DNA of 64,000 bases, from positions 459,358,001 through 459,422,000 of the forward strand of contig NW_027362771.1 of NCBI RefSeq assembly GCF_046119375.1, read 5' to 3'. The position numbers were made by a program, and so were the translations under genes. Shown in pieces: positions 49,276-57,711 of this stretch. Source of the DNA: Phyllobates terribilis (taxonomy: Eukaryota). Each line of letters begins with the position of its first letter. Positions within the stretch are counted from its first letter, which is position 1. The notes under the pieces are model-generated. The model ran no database searches, was not told where the DNA came from, and worked only from the letters and a program-made list of their open reading frames with translations.

Positions 49276-49314
49276 GCCTCCAGAGGAGCCCACAGAGGCA
49301 AAACGCATTGAGGC
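49276..49314 (+). other. Degenerate minimal type I hammerhead motif (Penelope-like element type)
   Basis: GCCTC-CAGAGGA-GCCC-ACAG-AGGC-AAAAC-GC-ATT-GAGGC. Helix I and II are intact; 3 substitutions separate it from CUGANGA / GAAA / GUH. Confidence 0.45.
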
Positions 49315-49730
49315 ATTAGAGGCATCTCTGTGACTTATGGCACATCTCACTGGATGAGTATAACAATCTCCTATTTATTTCCTATATTGTTTTACTGCTA
49401 TGTACTGTTAATCATCGATTTCCTAAATCATGTTGGATAGTAAGTGTTACAAGTTATCTAGCTATTTGAGCATGCTGCACTTTATCTGAATAATTAAATG
49501 TATATACCCGGATTTGGAAGGATAAAATACACTGGATACAGTGATATCCAGTAGCAGTATTTTAAGTGCCTGTTCGTATATCCATTTATCATTGTCTCAT
49601 CAAAGAGATTTCTAGGCATTATGCACTTTATCAAGCACTTTGCACTTTATATATCTATGTTGTAAATAAGTGTCAATTGTTGGAGATCTGAATCTGGTCC
49701 AGTGGGGTGAGACCTTTGTTATCATTGTTT

Positions 49731-50236
49731 GAAGCTTGAAGAGGACAATTTGCATATTCCAGGTGCCTTCTGGGAAAAGCGAAGAGTCTCCTTCAGCTAC
49801 AAGTTCGTTGGGTACAGCCGGGACCAGCTGCTTGGATAGCATCGCCAAACCAGGGATTGAAGCTTGAAGAGGACAATTTGCATATTCCAGGTGCCTTCTG
49901 GGAAAAGCGAAGAGTCTCCTTCAGCTACAAGATCGTTGGGTACAGCCGGGACCAGCTGCTTGGAAAGCATCGCCAAACCAGGGATTGAAGCTTGAAGAGG
50001 ACAATTTGCATATTCCAGGTGCCTTCTGGGAAAAGCGAAGAGTCTCCTTCAGCTACAAGATCGTTGGGTACAGCCGTGACCAGCTGCTTGGAAAGCATCG
50101 CCAAACCAGGGATTGAAGCTTGAAGAGGACAATTTGCATATTCCAGGTGCCTTCTGGGAAAAGCGAAGAGTCTCCTTCAGCTACAAGATCGTTGGGTACA
50201 GCCGTGACCAGCTGCTTGGAAAGCATCGCCAAACCG
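49731..50236 (+). repeat. Four tandem 128-bp monomers at the CR1 5' end
   Basis: Units start at 49731, 49859, 49987 and 50115; each contains ATTTGCAT and TTCTGGGAA. Confidence 0.95.
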
Positions 50237-50319
50237 CGCGCCAAATTTGTTTAATTTGTTTATCCTAGGGTATCACAAGAAAGAAGACAGACATCAAGTC
50301 AGCAGGGACAAGGAGCAGC

Positions 50320-51279
50320 ATGGCAGATGTGACAACCTACATGGTGAGCTGCAACATGTGCTACATGTTCACAGATCGACCAGAAGCTGAAACCAACTTC
50401 ACCTGCCAGAAGTGTAGACTACTGGCTCTTTTAGAAGAAAAGGTGCGGGGACTGGAAGAAAGAATTGCGACATTAAAACTCATCAAGGAAAATGAAGACT
50501 TCCTGGACAGAACAGAAGCGTCACTACTGGTCACGGAAAGTCAAGGAAGCATCAGAGAACCTCCAGAGGCAGACAAGTGGAGGCAAGTGACCAAAAGAAG
50601 CAAGAAGACCATGGAGACACCACCAACCACACAACTGAGAAACAGATTCCAAGGACTTGTGGAGGACGAAGATGGCACACCTAAGGATGAGGAACTACCA
50701 GCAAGCAAAAAAGAAAAGAGCACCCAAAAACACCCAGAAGCGACAAGAAAAAGGACAGCCAAGAAGGGAAGAAGAGTGGTGGTGGTGGGAGACTCACTAC
50801 TGAGAGGAACAGAAGCAGCTATCTGCAGACCGGACATAACCGCAAGAGAAGTATGCTGCCTCCCAGGGGCGAAGATCAAGGATGTTACCGATAGGATACC
50901 GAAGCTCATCAGTTCCAAGGATGTCCACCCATTTCTTCTGATACATGTTGGCACCAATGACACGGCAAAGAAGGACCTACCGACAATCTGCAAGGACTTT
51001 GAAGCATTGGGGAAGAAAGTAAAAGAACTGGATGCACAGGTAGTTTTTTCTTCTATCCTTCCAGTAGACGGGCATGGCGTCAGGAGATGGAACAGGATCC
51101 TTGATGTGAACAACTGGCTGAGACGATGGTGCAGACAACAAGGATTTGGATTCCTGGACCACGGTGTGAATTACCTCTATGACGGACTCCTTGCCAGAGA
51201 CGGACTACACCTCAACAAACCCGGGAAACACACATTCGTCAGGAGACTCGCAACACTCATCAGGAGGGCGTTAAACTAG
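50320..51279 (+). CDS. CR1 ORF1p: CX2C...CX2C zinc motif, coiled coil, SGNH/GDSL esterase domain
   Basis: CNMC...CQKC; LEEKVRGLEERIATL; VVGDSLLRG; HVGTND; DGLHL. Confidence 0.93.
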   Translation: MADVTTYMVSCNMCYMFTDRPEAETNFTCQKCRLLALLEEKVRGLEERIATLKLIKENEDFLDRTEASLLVTESQGSIREPPEADKWRQVTKRSKKTMETPPTTQLRNRFQGLVEDEDGTPKDEELPASKKEKSTQKHPEATRKRTAKKGRRVVVVGDSLLRGTEAAICRPDITAREVCCLPGAKIKDVTDRIPKLISSKDVHPFLLIHVGTNDTAKKDLPTICKDFEALGKKVKELDAQVVFSSILPVDGHGVRRWNRILDVNNWLRRWCRQQGFGFLDHGVNYLYDGLLARDGLHLNKPGKHTFVRRLATLIRRALN

Positions 51280-51290
51280 AAGAAGAGGGG

Positions 51291-54236
51291 ATGGGAAGAA
51301 AAACGCCGGACACGAACATGCAACCAGAGAACATACTAATGAAAAATATGAAGTGCGACAAAGAAGGTCCAAGACAAGATGCTTGGAAGGGAGGTAAGAA
51401 AATTTCTAATACAATCCACAGGGAGATGATTGGAACAAAACAAAATCGTGTAAACTGCATGCTAGCAAATGCCAGGAGCCTGACAAACAAGATGGATGAA
51501 CTGGAAGCAGAAATATCTACAGGTAACTATGACATAGTGGGAATAACCGAGACATGGTTAGATGAAAGCTATGACTGGGCAGTTAACTTACAGGGTTACA
51601 GTCTGTTTAGAAGGGATCGAAGAAGTCTGAAAGGGGGTGGAGTCTGTCTATATGTAAAGACGTGTCTAAAGCCTACAATACGGGAGGATGTATGGGAGGG
51701 AAATGAGAAGGTTGAGTCCTTATGGGTGGAGATACATGGGGCAAAAAACAATAATAAAATTATCATAGGAGTCTGTTATAAACCACCAAATATAGCAGAA
51801 GCCACGGAAAGTCTATTAATGAGACAAATAGACGAAGTAGCAAAAAATAACGAGGTGATTATTATGGGGGACTTCAACTACCCCGATAAAGACTGGGAAA
51901 CCGAAAGCTGTAGATCTCAGAAAGGAAACAGGTTTCTGTCAATTATCAAAGACAATTATTTATCACAACTTGTGCAGGAACCAACTAGAGGGACGGCCCT
52001 TTTAGACTTAATATTAACTAACAGGCCAGACAGAATAACTGAGGTGCAGGACGGGGGGCACCTGGGAAATAGTGACCACAACATTATACAATTCCACATG
52101 TGCTTCAGTAGGGTGCCCAGCAGGGGAGTCACAAAAACACTGAACTTCTGGAGGGCAAAGTTTGATCAGCTAAGAGATGCCCTTCACCTTATAGACTGGG
52201 ATAGTATCTTCAGTAATAGCAGCATGGATAGAAATTGGGAAATTTTCAAAACAGTCCTACATAGTCACTGTAGAAGGTACATACCTTATGGGAATAAAAG
52301 GGCTAGGAATAGGAGGAAGCCAATGTGGCTAAATAAGGAAGTCAAGAGGGCAATGAAAAACAAAAAAAGGGCTTTCGGTAAACTTAAACAAGAAGGCAGC
52401 GAGGAAGCGCTAATATCTTATAGGGAAAAAAACAAAATCTGTAAGAAACAAATAAGAATAGCAAAAGAGGAGACAGAGAGACTAATTGCCAAGGAAAGTA
52501 AAACGAATCCCAAACTGTTCTTTAACTATATAAACAGTAAAAGGATTAAAACTGATGGAGTTGGCCCATTGAAAAATAACCTGGGTAAAATCATAGAGGC
52601 CGATGAGGGTAAAGCAAACCTACTCAATAGCTTCTTCTCCACTGTTTTCACAAAAGAAAACAATTTATCGGAGGAAATGCAAAGTGATAAAGTAAACCCT
52701 CCGCTAAATATCACCCACCTAACCCAGGAGGAAGTTCAGAAACGCCTAAATAATATCAAAATAGACAAGTCACCAGGCCCAGATGACATACACCCCCGGG
52801 TACTAAAAGAATTAAGTAATGTGATAGACAGGCCGCTGTATCTTATATTCAAGCACTCTTTATGGACAGGGACTGTCCCACTAGACTGGCGCCAAGCAAA
52901 TGTGGTACCAATATTCAAAAAGGGGTCTAAAAGTGACCCTGGGAACTATAGACCAGTCAGCTTAACATCTGTTGTGGGTAAATTGTTTGAAGGATTTCTT
53001 AGAGATGCTATTGTAGAATATCTTAATGATAATAACTGTCTAACTCCATATCAACATGGATTCATGAGGGATGGCTCCTGCCAAACAAACCTGATCGCCT
53101 TCTACGAGGAGGTGAGCTCACAGCTGGACCGGGGAGAGTCAGTGGATGTTGTATACCTTGACTTCTCCAAAGCGTTTGATACTGTGCCACACAAAAGGTT
53201 GGTATATAAAATGAGAATGCTTGGTCTGGGGGATAATGTGTGCAAGTGGGTAAATAGCTGGCTGAGTGATAGAAAGCAGAGGGTGGTTATCAATGGAGTA
53301 AGCTCAGGGTGTGTCAGGGTTACTAGCGGGGTGCCTCAAGGGTCTGTCTTGGGCCCTATATTATTTAATATATTTATTAATGATCTAGTGGAAGGGTTGC
53401 ATAGTAAAATAGCAATATTTGCAGATGATACTAAACTTTGTAAAGTAGTTAATACAGATGAGGATAGGGCACAGCTACAGGAGGATTTAGATAAATTGGG
53501 GAGTTGGGCCAAAAAATGGCAAATGGGGTTCAATGCCGATAAATGTAAGGTCATGCACATGGGAAAGAAAAACAGCAGTCACCCATACATATTAAATGGG
53601 AAACCGTTGGGGAAATCTGACATGGAGAAGGACCTGGGCGTCTTGGTTAATAACCAATTAAATTGGAGTGCCCAGTGTCAGGCAGCAGCTGCGAAGGCAA
53701 ATAGAGTCATGGCATGCATCAGAAGAGGAATAGGGGCATATGATGAGAACATTGTTCTTCCTCTGTATAAAGCGCTGGTAAGGCCGCACTTAGAATATTG
53801 TGCACAGTTCTGGGCTCCGGTGCTCAGGAAAGACATATTGGAGCTAGAGAGGGTACAAAGGAGGGCGACTAAGGTAATAAAGGGAATGGAGGGACTAGAC
53901 TACCCAGAGAGGTTGGCAAAATTAGGCCTATTTACATTGGAAAAGAGAAGGCTTAGGGGAGACCTCATAAACATGTATAAATACATCAGGGGGCAGTACA
54001 GAGATCTCTCCCATGACCTGTTTATACCAAGGATGGTGACAAAGACGAGGGGGCACACTATGCGTCTGGAGGAAAGGAGGTTCCTGCACCAGCATAGAAG
54101 GGGATTCTTTACGGTCAGAGCCGTGAGACTCTGGAACTCTCTGGGAGAGGAAGTGGTGATGTCCAACTCACTTAATGAGTTCAAGAGAGGCCTGGACACC
54201 TTTCTTGAGAACAATAAAATTACATCTTATGCTTAG
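51291..54236 (+). CDS. CR1 ORF2p: APE endonuclease plus reverse transcriptase (981 aa)
   Basis: NARSL, GITETW, MGDFNYP, LDLILTN, SDH; FDTVPH, PQGSVLGP, FADD. Confidence 0.97.
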   Translation: MGRKTPDTNMQPENILMKNMKCDKEGPRQDAWKGGKKISNTIHREMIGTKQNRVNCMLANARSLTNKMDELEAEISTGNYDIVGITETWLDESYDWAVNLQGYSLFRRDRRSLKGGGVCLYVKTCLKPTIREDVWEGNEKVESLWVEIHGAKNNNKIIIGVCYKPPNIAEATESLLMRQIDEVAKNNEVIIMGDFNYPDKDWETESCRSQKGNRFLSIIKDNYLSQLVQEPTRGTALLDLILTNRPDRITEVQDGGHLGNSDHNIIQFHMCFSRVPSRGVTKTLNFWRAKFDQLRDALHLIDWDSIFSNSSMDRNWEIFKTVLHSHCRRYIPYGNKRARNRRKPMWLNKEVKRAMKNKKRAFGKLKQEGSEEALISYREKNKICKKQIRIAKEETERLIAKESKTNPKLFFNYINSKRIKTDGVGPLKNNLGKIIEADEGKANLLNSFFSTVFTKENNLSEEMQSDKVNPPLNITHLTQEEVQKRLNNIKIDKSPGPDDIHPRVLKELSNVIDRPLYLIFKHSLWTGTVPLDWRQANVVPIFKKGSKSDPGNYRPVSLTSVVGKLFEGFLRDAIVEYLNDNNCLTPYQHGFMRDGSCQTNLIAFYEEVSSQLDRGESVDVVYLDFSKAFDTVPHKRLVYKMRMLGLGDNVCKWVNSWLSDRKQRVVINGVSSGCVRVTSGVPQGSVLGPILFNIFINDLVEGLHSKIAIFADDTKLCKVVNTDEDRAQLQEDLDKLGSWAKKWQMGFNADKCKVMHMGKKNSSHPYILNGKPLGKSDMEKDLGVLVNNQLNWSAQCQAAAAKANRVMACIRRGIGAYDENIVLPLYKALVRPHLEYCAQFWAPVLRKDILELERVQRRATKVIKGMEGLDYPERLAKLGLFTLEKRRLRGDLINMYKYIRGQYRDLSHDLFIPRMVTKTRGHTMRLEERRFLHQHRRGFFTVRAVRLWNSLGEEVVMSNSLNEFKRGLDTFLENNKITSYA

Positions 54237-54801
54237 TTAATTAATCCAGGGATTTAATCTGACTGCCAGATTGGTGTCGGGTAGTGAATTTTTCCTCAAT
54301 GATGTAAATTGGCCTATACCGCATGGTATAGGAATAGCGGAATAGCTGCAGTGCACAAGAAATAGGCTGAACTGGATGGACGCTTGTCTTTTTTCGGCCT
54401 TATAAACTATGTAACTATGTAACTAGTCACAGGTGACAATATTGTTTTATCATTATGGCATTTTTCTGCTTGTTATTGTTATGCACACGCCCGGGCTAAG
54501 CGGCGTGTGCGTGTGATTGGTAGTGATTCCACTGGACCGTGCCGGAGAGTGAATGCCTGGAGGGGCGTGACTAAGTATTCACCCGATCCGACCAGGGTCG
54601 CACGACGGCATACGACGCCAGTGCACCAAGGAGGAACCGAGCAGAGGGACCAGGTGCTACTCCAGGACAGACCCCGGACACGGCTGTTGACCCACACAGG
54701 GGAATACAGGAACAGGCTGGTAGGCTGGCACACAGACTGGTGGGTATAGGCAGGCACGACTGGTATGCAGGCAGGCGGGTATGCAGGCAGGGGGGTAAAG
54801 A

Positions 54802-55041
54802 CAAGCACAGCTAGAGTGCAGACAGGGAGGCACTAGCAGGTAGGAACACAGGCGGGATAGGACCCAGTACACACCGGGACTCAGGAACAATACAGGCAGA
54901 GGGTTACAGGCAAGCACAGCTAGAGTGCAGACAGGGAGGCACTAGCAGGTAGGAACACAGGCGGGATAGGACCCAGTACACACCGGGACTCAGGAACAAT
55001 ACAGGCAGAGGGTTACAGGCAAGCACAGCTAGAGTGCAGAC
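54802..55041. repeat. 109-bp tandem repeat (2 copies plus partial) inside the LTR; also a 49-bp x3 repeat at 55445-55580; both mirrored in the other LTR
   Basis: Units start at 54802, 54911 and 55020; TCAGTTCAGACACGGG units at 55445, 55494 and 55543. Confidence 0.9.
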
Positions 55042-55667
55042 AAGGCTGAGCAGGGAGGACAGGGCTCTGTTCACACGGAACAGACAGGAAGGGAAAGACA
55101 GAGCCAGATACTCACACAGTACTTGCAGAGACAACAAGCAGGAGTTAGGTACGAGTTCAGACTCTGCAGAAAAAGGAAGGGAACGGACATAGAGGCAAAA
55201 CAGGTAAAGGACAGGAGAGAGTTCAGACTGGAACTGAGTGTACGGAGGAGACCGACACTGCAGAGGGATACAGGAGCGGGTCTGGGAATACGGCCCCCAG
55301 AGAGGCGGAACGAACAGGCAAGGAGCGTGTTCAGACAGGACAGACCAGACACAGGAGCGGGTCTAGGAAATCGGCCACTAGAAGGCGAGAGGAACAGGCT
55401 AGGAGCGTGTTCAGACAGGACAGACAAGAGAACACAGAAAGGAGTCAGTTCAGACACGGGAGCTGATACCGCAAAGCAGGAGACATACAGGACTCAGTTC
55501 AGACACGGGAGCTGATACCGCAAAGCAGGAGACATACAGGACTCAGTTCAGACACGGGAACTGATACAAAAAGCAGGAGACAAGAGACGGGACCTGGCAC
55601 CTTCAGAGTGCAAGCACACACTGAAGGAAACACTATGCTCAGGCCGGGATAGAAGGGAGCTGCTGAG

Positions 55668-57572
55668 CTATATACCAAGTGACAGACAGCAATAGGCTGA
55701 GGACGCACAAGGGGTGTGACCCACAGCAGGTACAAAAGGCAGGAAGTGATCGGGCGCCGCCCTTAAGCAGCAGAAACAGACACAAACAGACAGCATGGAG
55801 GGAAGCCAGAGAGACATTCTGGACAGGAGATCAAGTGCGCCCTCTTGCACAGTGGGAGATGGACCACCATGCAAGGACGCCGCCAGGTATGTTACAGTAC
55901 CTCCCCCCTTACGCCCCCTCTTCTTCAGGCCTGCCAGAATCTTCCGCAGGGAATTCGAGGACCAGTCGTTCACTGGGTTGGAGGGGGACAGAGACTTAAG
56001 GGTAATCTCTGCTTCGAGGTACATCTTGTCAAGCTCACAGGAAGAAATAGACGGGTTATCAGGTACATAATGAGAAAAAGTCACTGTCTCTTTGTTATCT
56101 GGTGGTATCCCGGAGGATTCAGGAAACAACTGGAGGTCCTCCGCCGGGTCAGAAGAGTGCAGAGGCTCAGAGAAAACAACTGCTTCAGAGTACACTAGGT
56201 CGGACTCACTGGAGGAAGCGGGCGAGGTATCGGGTACCGAGTATAGGAAAGTCTCTGTCCATTCACCACCAGGTGGCACCCCGAAGGGTTCTGGAGACAG
56301 CTGGCGGTCCTCCGCCTGGTCGGAGGGGTGTAGAGACTCAGGAGTAACCTCTGCTTCAGAGTACACTAGGTCGGACTCACTGGACGAAGCAAGCGAGGTA
56401 TCAGATCCAGGATATAGGAAAGTCTCTGTCCATTCACCACCAGGTGGCACCCCGAAGGATTCTGAACACAACTGGAGGTCCTCCGCCTGGTCGGAGGGGT
56501 GTAGAGACTCAGGAGTAACCTCTGCTTCGGAGTACACTAGGTTGGACTCACTGGACGAAGCGAGCGAGGTATCAGGTACAGAGTATAGGAGAGACTCTGT
56601 CCTTTCGCTACCAGGTAGCACCCCGAAGGGTTCAGGAGACAACTGGAGATCCTCCGCCTGGTCGGAGGGGTGTAGAGACTCGGAGGTAACTACCACTTTG
56701 GGGTACCCATTGTCAGGCTCACAGGACGAAGCGGACAAAGTATTGAGTACCGGGTGTAGAGAAGTCTCTCTCCATTTGTCATCGAGTGGTATCCCAGAGG
56801 GTTCAGGAGGCAACAGGGGATCCTCCGCCAGGTAGTAGAGGTGCACAGACTCTGAGGTAACCACAGCTTTGGAGCATCCTTGGACATGCACACCGGTTAA
56901 AGAGAAAGAAGCATCTGATGCCGGGTGCAGGAAGTTCTCCTGTGTGGAGTCTGGATGGGCAGAAGTCTCTTCGGCCAGGAGAACTGGTGCACTACCCACG
57001 CACATTACCCATTGGGGTTTCTCCGGGATACAGGGAGATGAAGCTTCAGTAGGGACTTCAAGGTTGGGGTCAGGAGGTCTCAGGGAGGACAGACCCTGGC
57101 GTGACGGCTTGCCTCTAAGTCTAGCACGTCTGGACTGCCTCTTGAGGTTGAGAGAAGTATTCCGGAAAGCGTAGTCACCCTGTGAGGATTCTGGGTGGGC
57201 AGTAGTCTCATTGGGCTGGAGGACTATTGCGCTACCCACACACATTACCCGTCGGGGCTGCTCCGGGATATTGGGAAGTGAAGCTTCAGCAGGGGCTTCC
57301 GGGTTAGGATCATCAAAGACCATTAGAAAGGCCACCAGGAAGGCCATTAGGTCCAGGAGGATCGGATCCTGTGTTTCATATAGGGGGTTGATCCATTCCA
57401 AGGCATCACCCGCCAGGTAAGACATAATAAAGGCCACTTTAGCCCAATCGGAAGGAAAATAGAGAGGGTAGGCCTTAAAGTGTAGCATGCATTGCTCCAC
57501 AAATGCACGACACTGTCTTGGATCCCCATAGTAACGTGGCGGATCCGCAGGAACGAGAGCTGATAGATCCAT
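55668..57572 (-). CDS. 634-aa Gag-capsid (PEG10/RTL/LDOC1-like) plus acidic tandem-repeat protein
   Basis: PPRYYGDPRQCRAFVEQC...FPSDWAKVAFIMSYLAGDALEW...F...FDDP (sushi-ichi/Mart capsid N-domain). Five 57-aa repeats. Tail KKRGRKGGGTVT crosses the PPT; stop lies in the 3' LTR. Confidence 0.85.
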   Translation of the reverse strand: MDLSALVPADPPRYYGDPRQCRAFVEQCMLHFKAYPLYFPSDWAKVAFIMSYLAGDALEWINPLYETQDPILLDLMAFLVAFLMVFDDPNPEAPAEASLPNIPEQPRRVMCVGSAIVLQPNETTAHPESSQGDYAFRNTSLNLKRQSRRARLRGKPSRQGLSSLRPPDPNLEVPTEASSPCIPEKPQWVMCVGSAPVLLAEETSAHPDSTQENFLHPASDASFSLTGVHVQGCSKAVVTSESVHLYYLAEDPLLPPEPSGIPLDDKWRETSLHPVLNTLSASSCEPDNGYPKVVVTSESLHPSDQAEDLQLSPEPFGVLPGSERTESLLYSVPDTSLASSSESNLVYSEAEVTPESLHPSDQAEDLQLCSESFGVPPGGEWTETFLYPGSDTSLASSSESDLVYSEAEVTPESLHPSDQAEDRQLSPEPFGVPPGGEWTETFLYSVPDTSPASSSESDLVYSEAVVFSEPLHSSDPAEDLQLFPESSGIPPDNKETVTFSHYVPDNPSISSCELDKMYLEAEITLKSLSPSNPVNDWSSNSLRKILAGLKKRGRKGGGTVTYLAASLHGGPSPTVQEGALDLLSRMSLWLPSMLSVCVCFCCLRAAPDHFLPFVPAVGHTPCASSAYCCLSLGI

Positions 57573-57700
57573 CTGGACGGTGCTTAATTCGCCTGGAACT
57601 CAGCTAAGGGAAAAAAAAAAAATTATTTATTTATTTTAATGCATGTATTCGCTGGAAAACTTCTCAGAGGGCGAAGGCCGTGGGGCTCAACGGGAACCAT

Positions 57701-57711
57701 GGCCTGAGCAT
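57701..57711 (-). other. Self-priming PBS (no tRNA complementarity recognised)
   Basis: ATGCTCAGGCC, 2 nt after the 5' LTR, is the exact reverse complement of GGCCTGAGCAT at 58875-58865. Confidence 0.8.

Larger units (their letters stand above)
49729..54423 (+). mobile_element. Full-length CR1 LINE with both ORFs open
   Basis: 5' monomer array, ORF1, ORF2, 3' UTR and (ACTATGTA)n tail at ~54406-54423. No TSD recognised. Confidence 0.95.

Noticed and set aside
49731-49858. Hammerhead/HDV ribozyme in the CR1 monomer (by analogy to newt satellite 2 with its octamer promoter)
   Set aside because: No CUGANGA plus GAAA core in correct geometry on either strand (CTTGAAGA and CTGAAGGA do not fit and lack a following GAAA), and no HDV fold recognised.
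50541-51113. 190-aa antisense ORF in CR1 ORF1, and similar short antisense ORFs in pol and ORF2
   Set aside because: Shadow frames of genuine coding sequence.
56092-56835. 247-aa plus-strand ORF
   Set aside because: Antisense shadow of the 171-bp repeats of the 634-aa ORF; no independent motifs.
55668-57572. Domesticated PEG10/RTL-like host gene
   Set aside because: Still flanked by two largely identical LTRs, a PPT and a TSD, so it is part of a recently mobile element.
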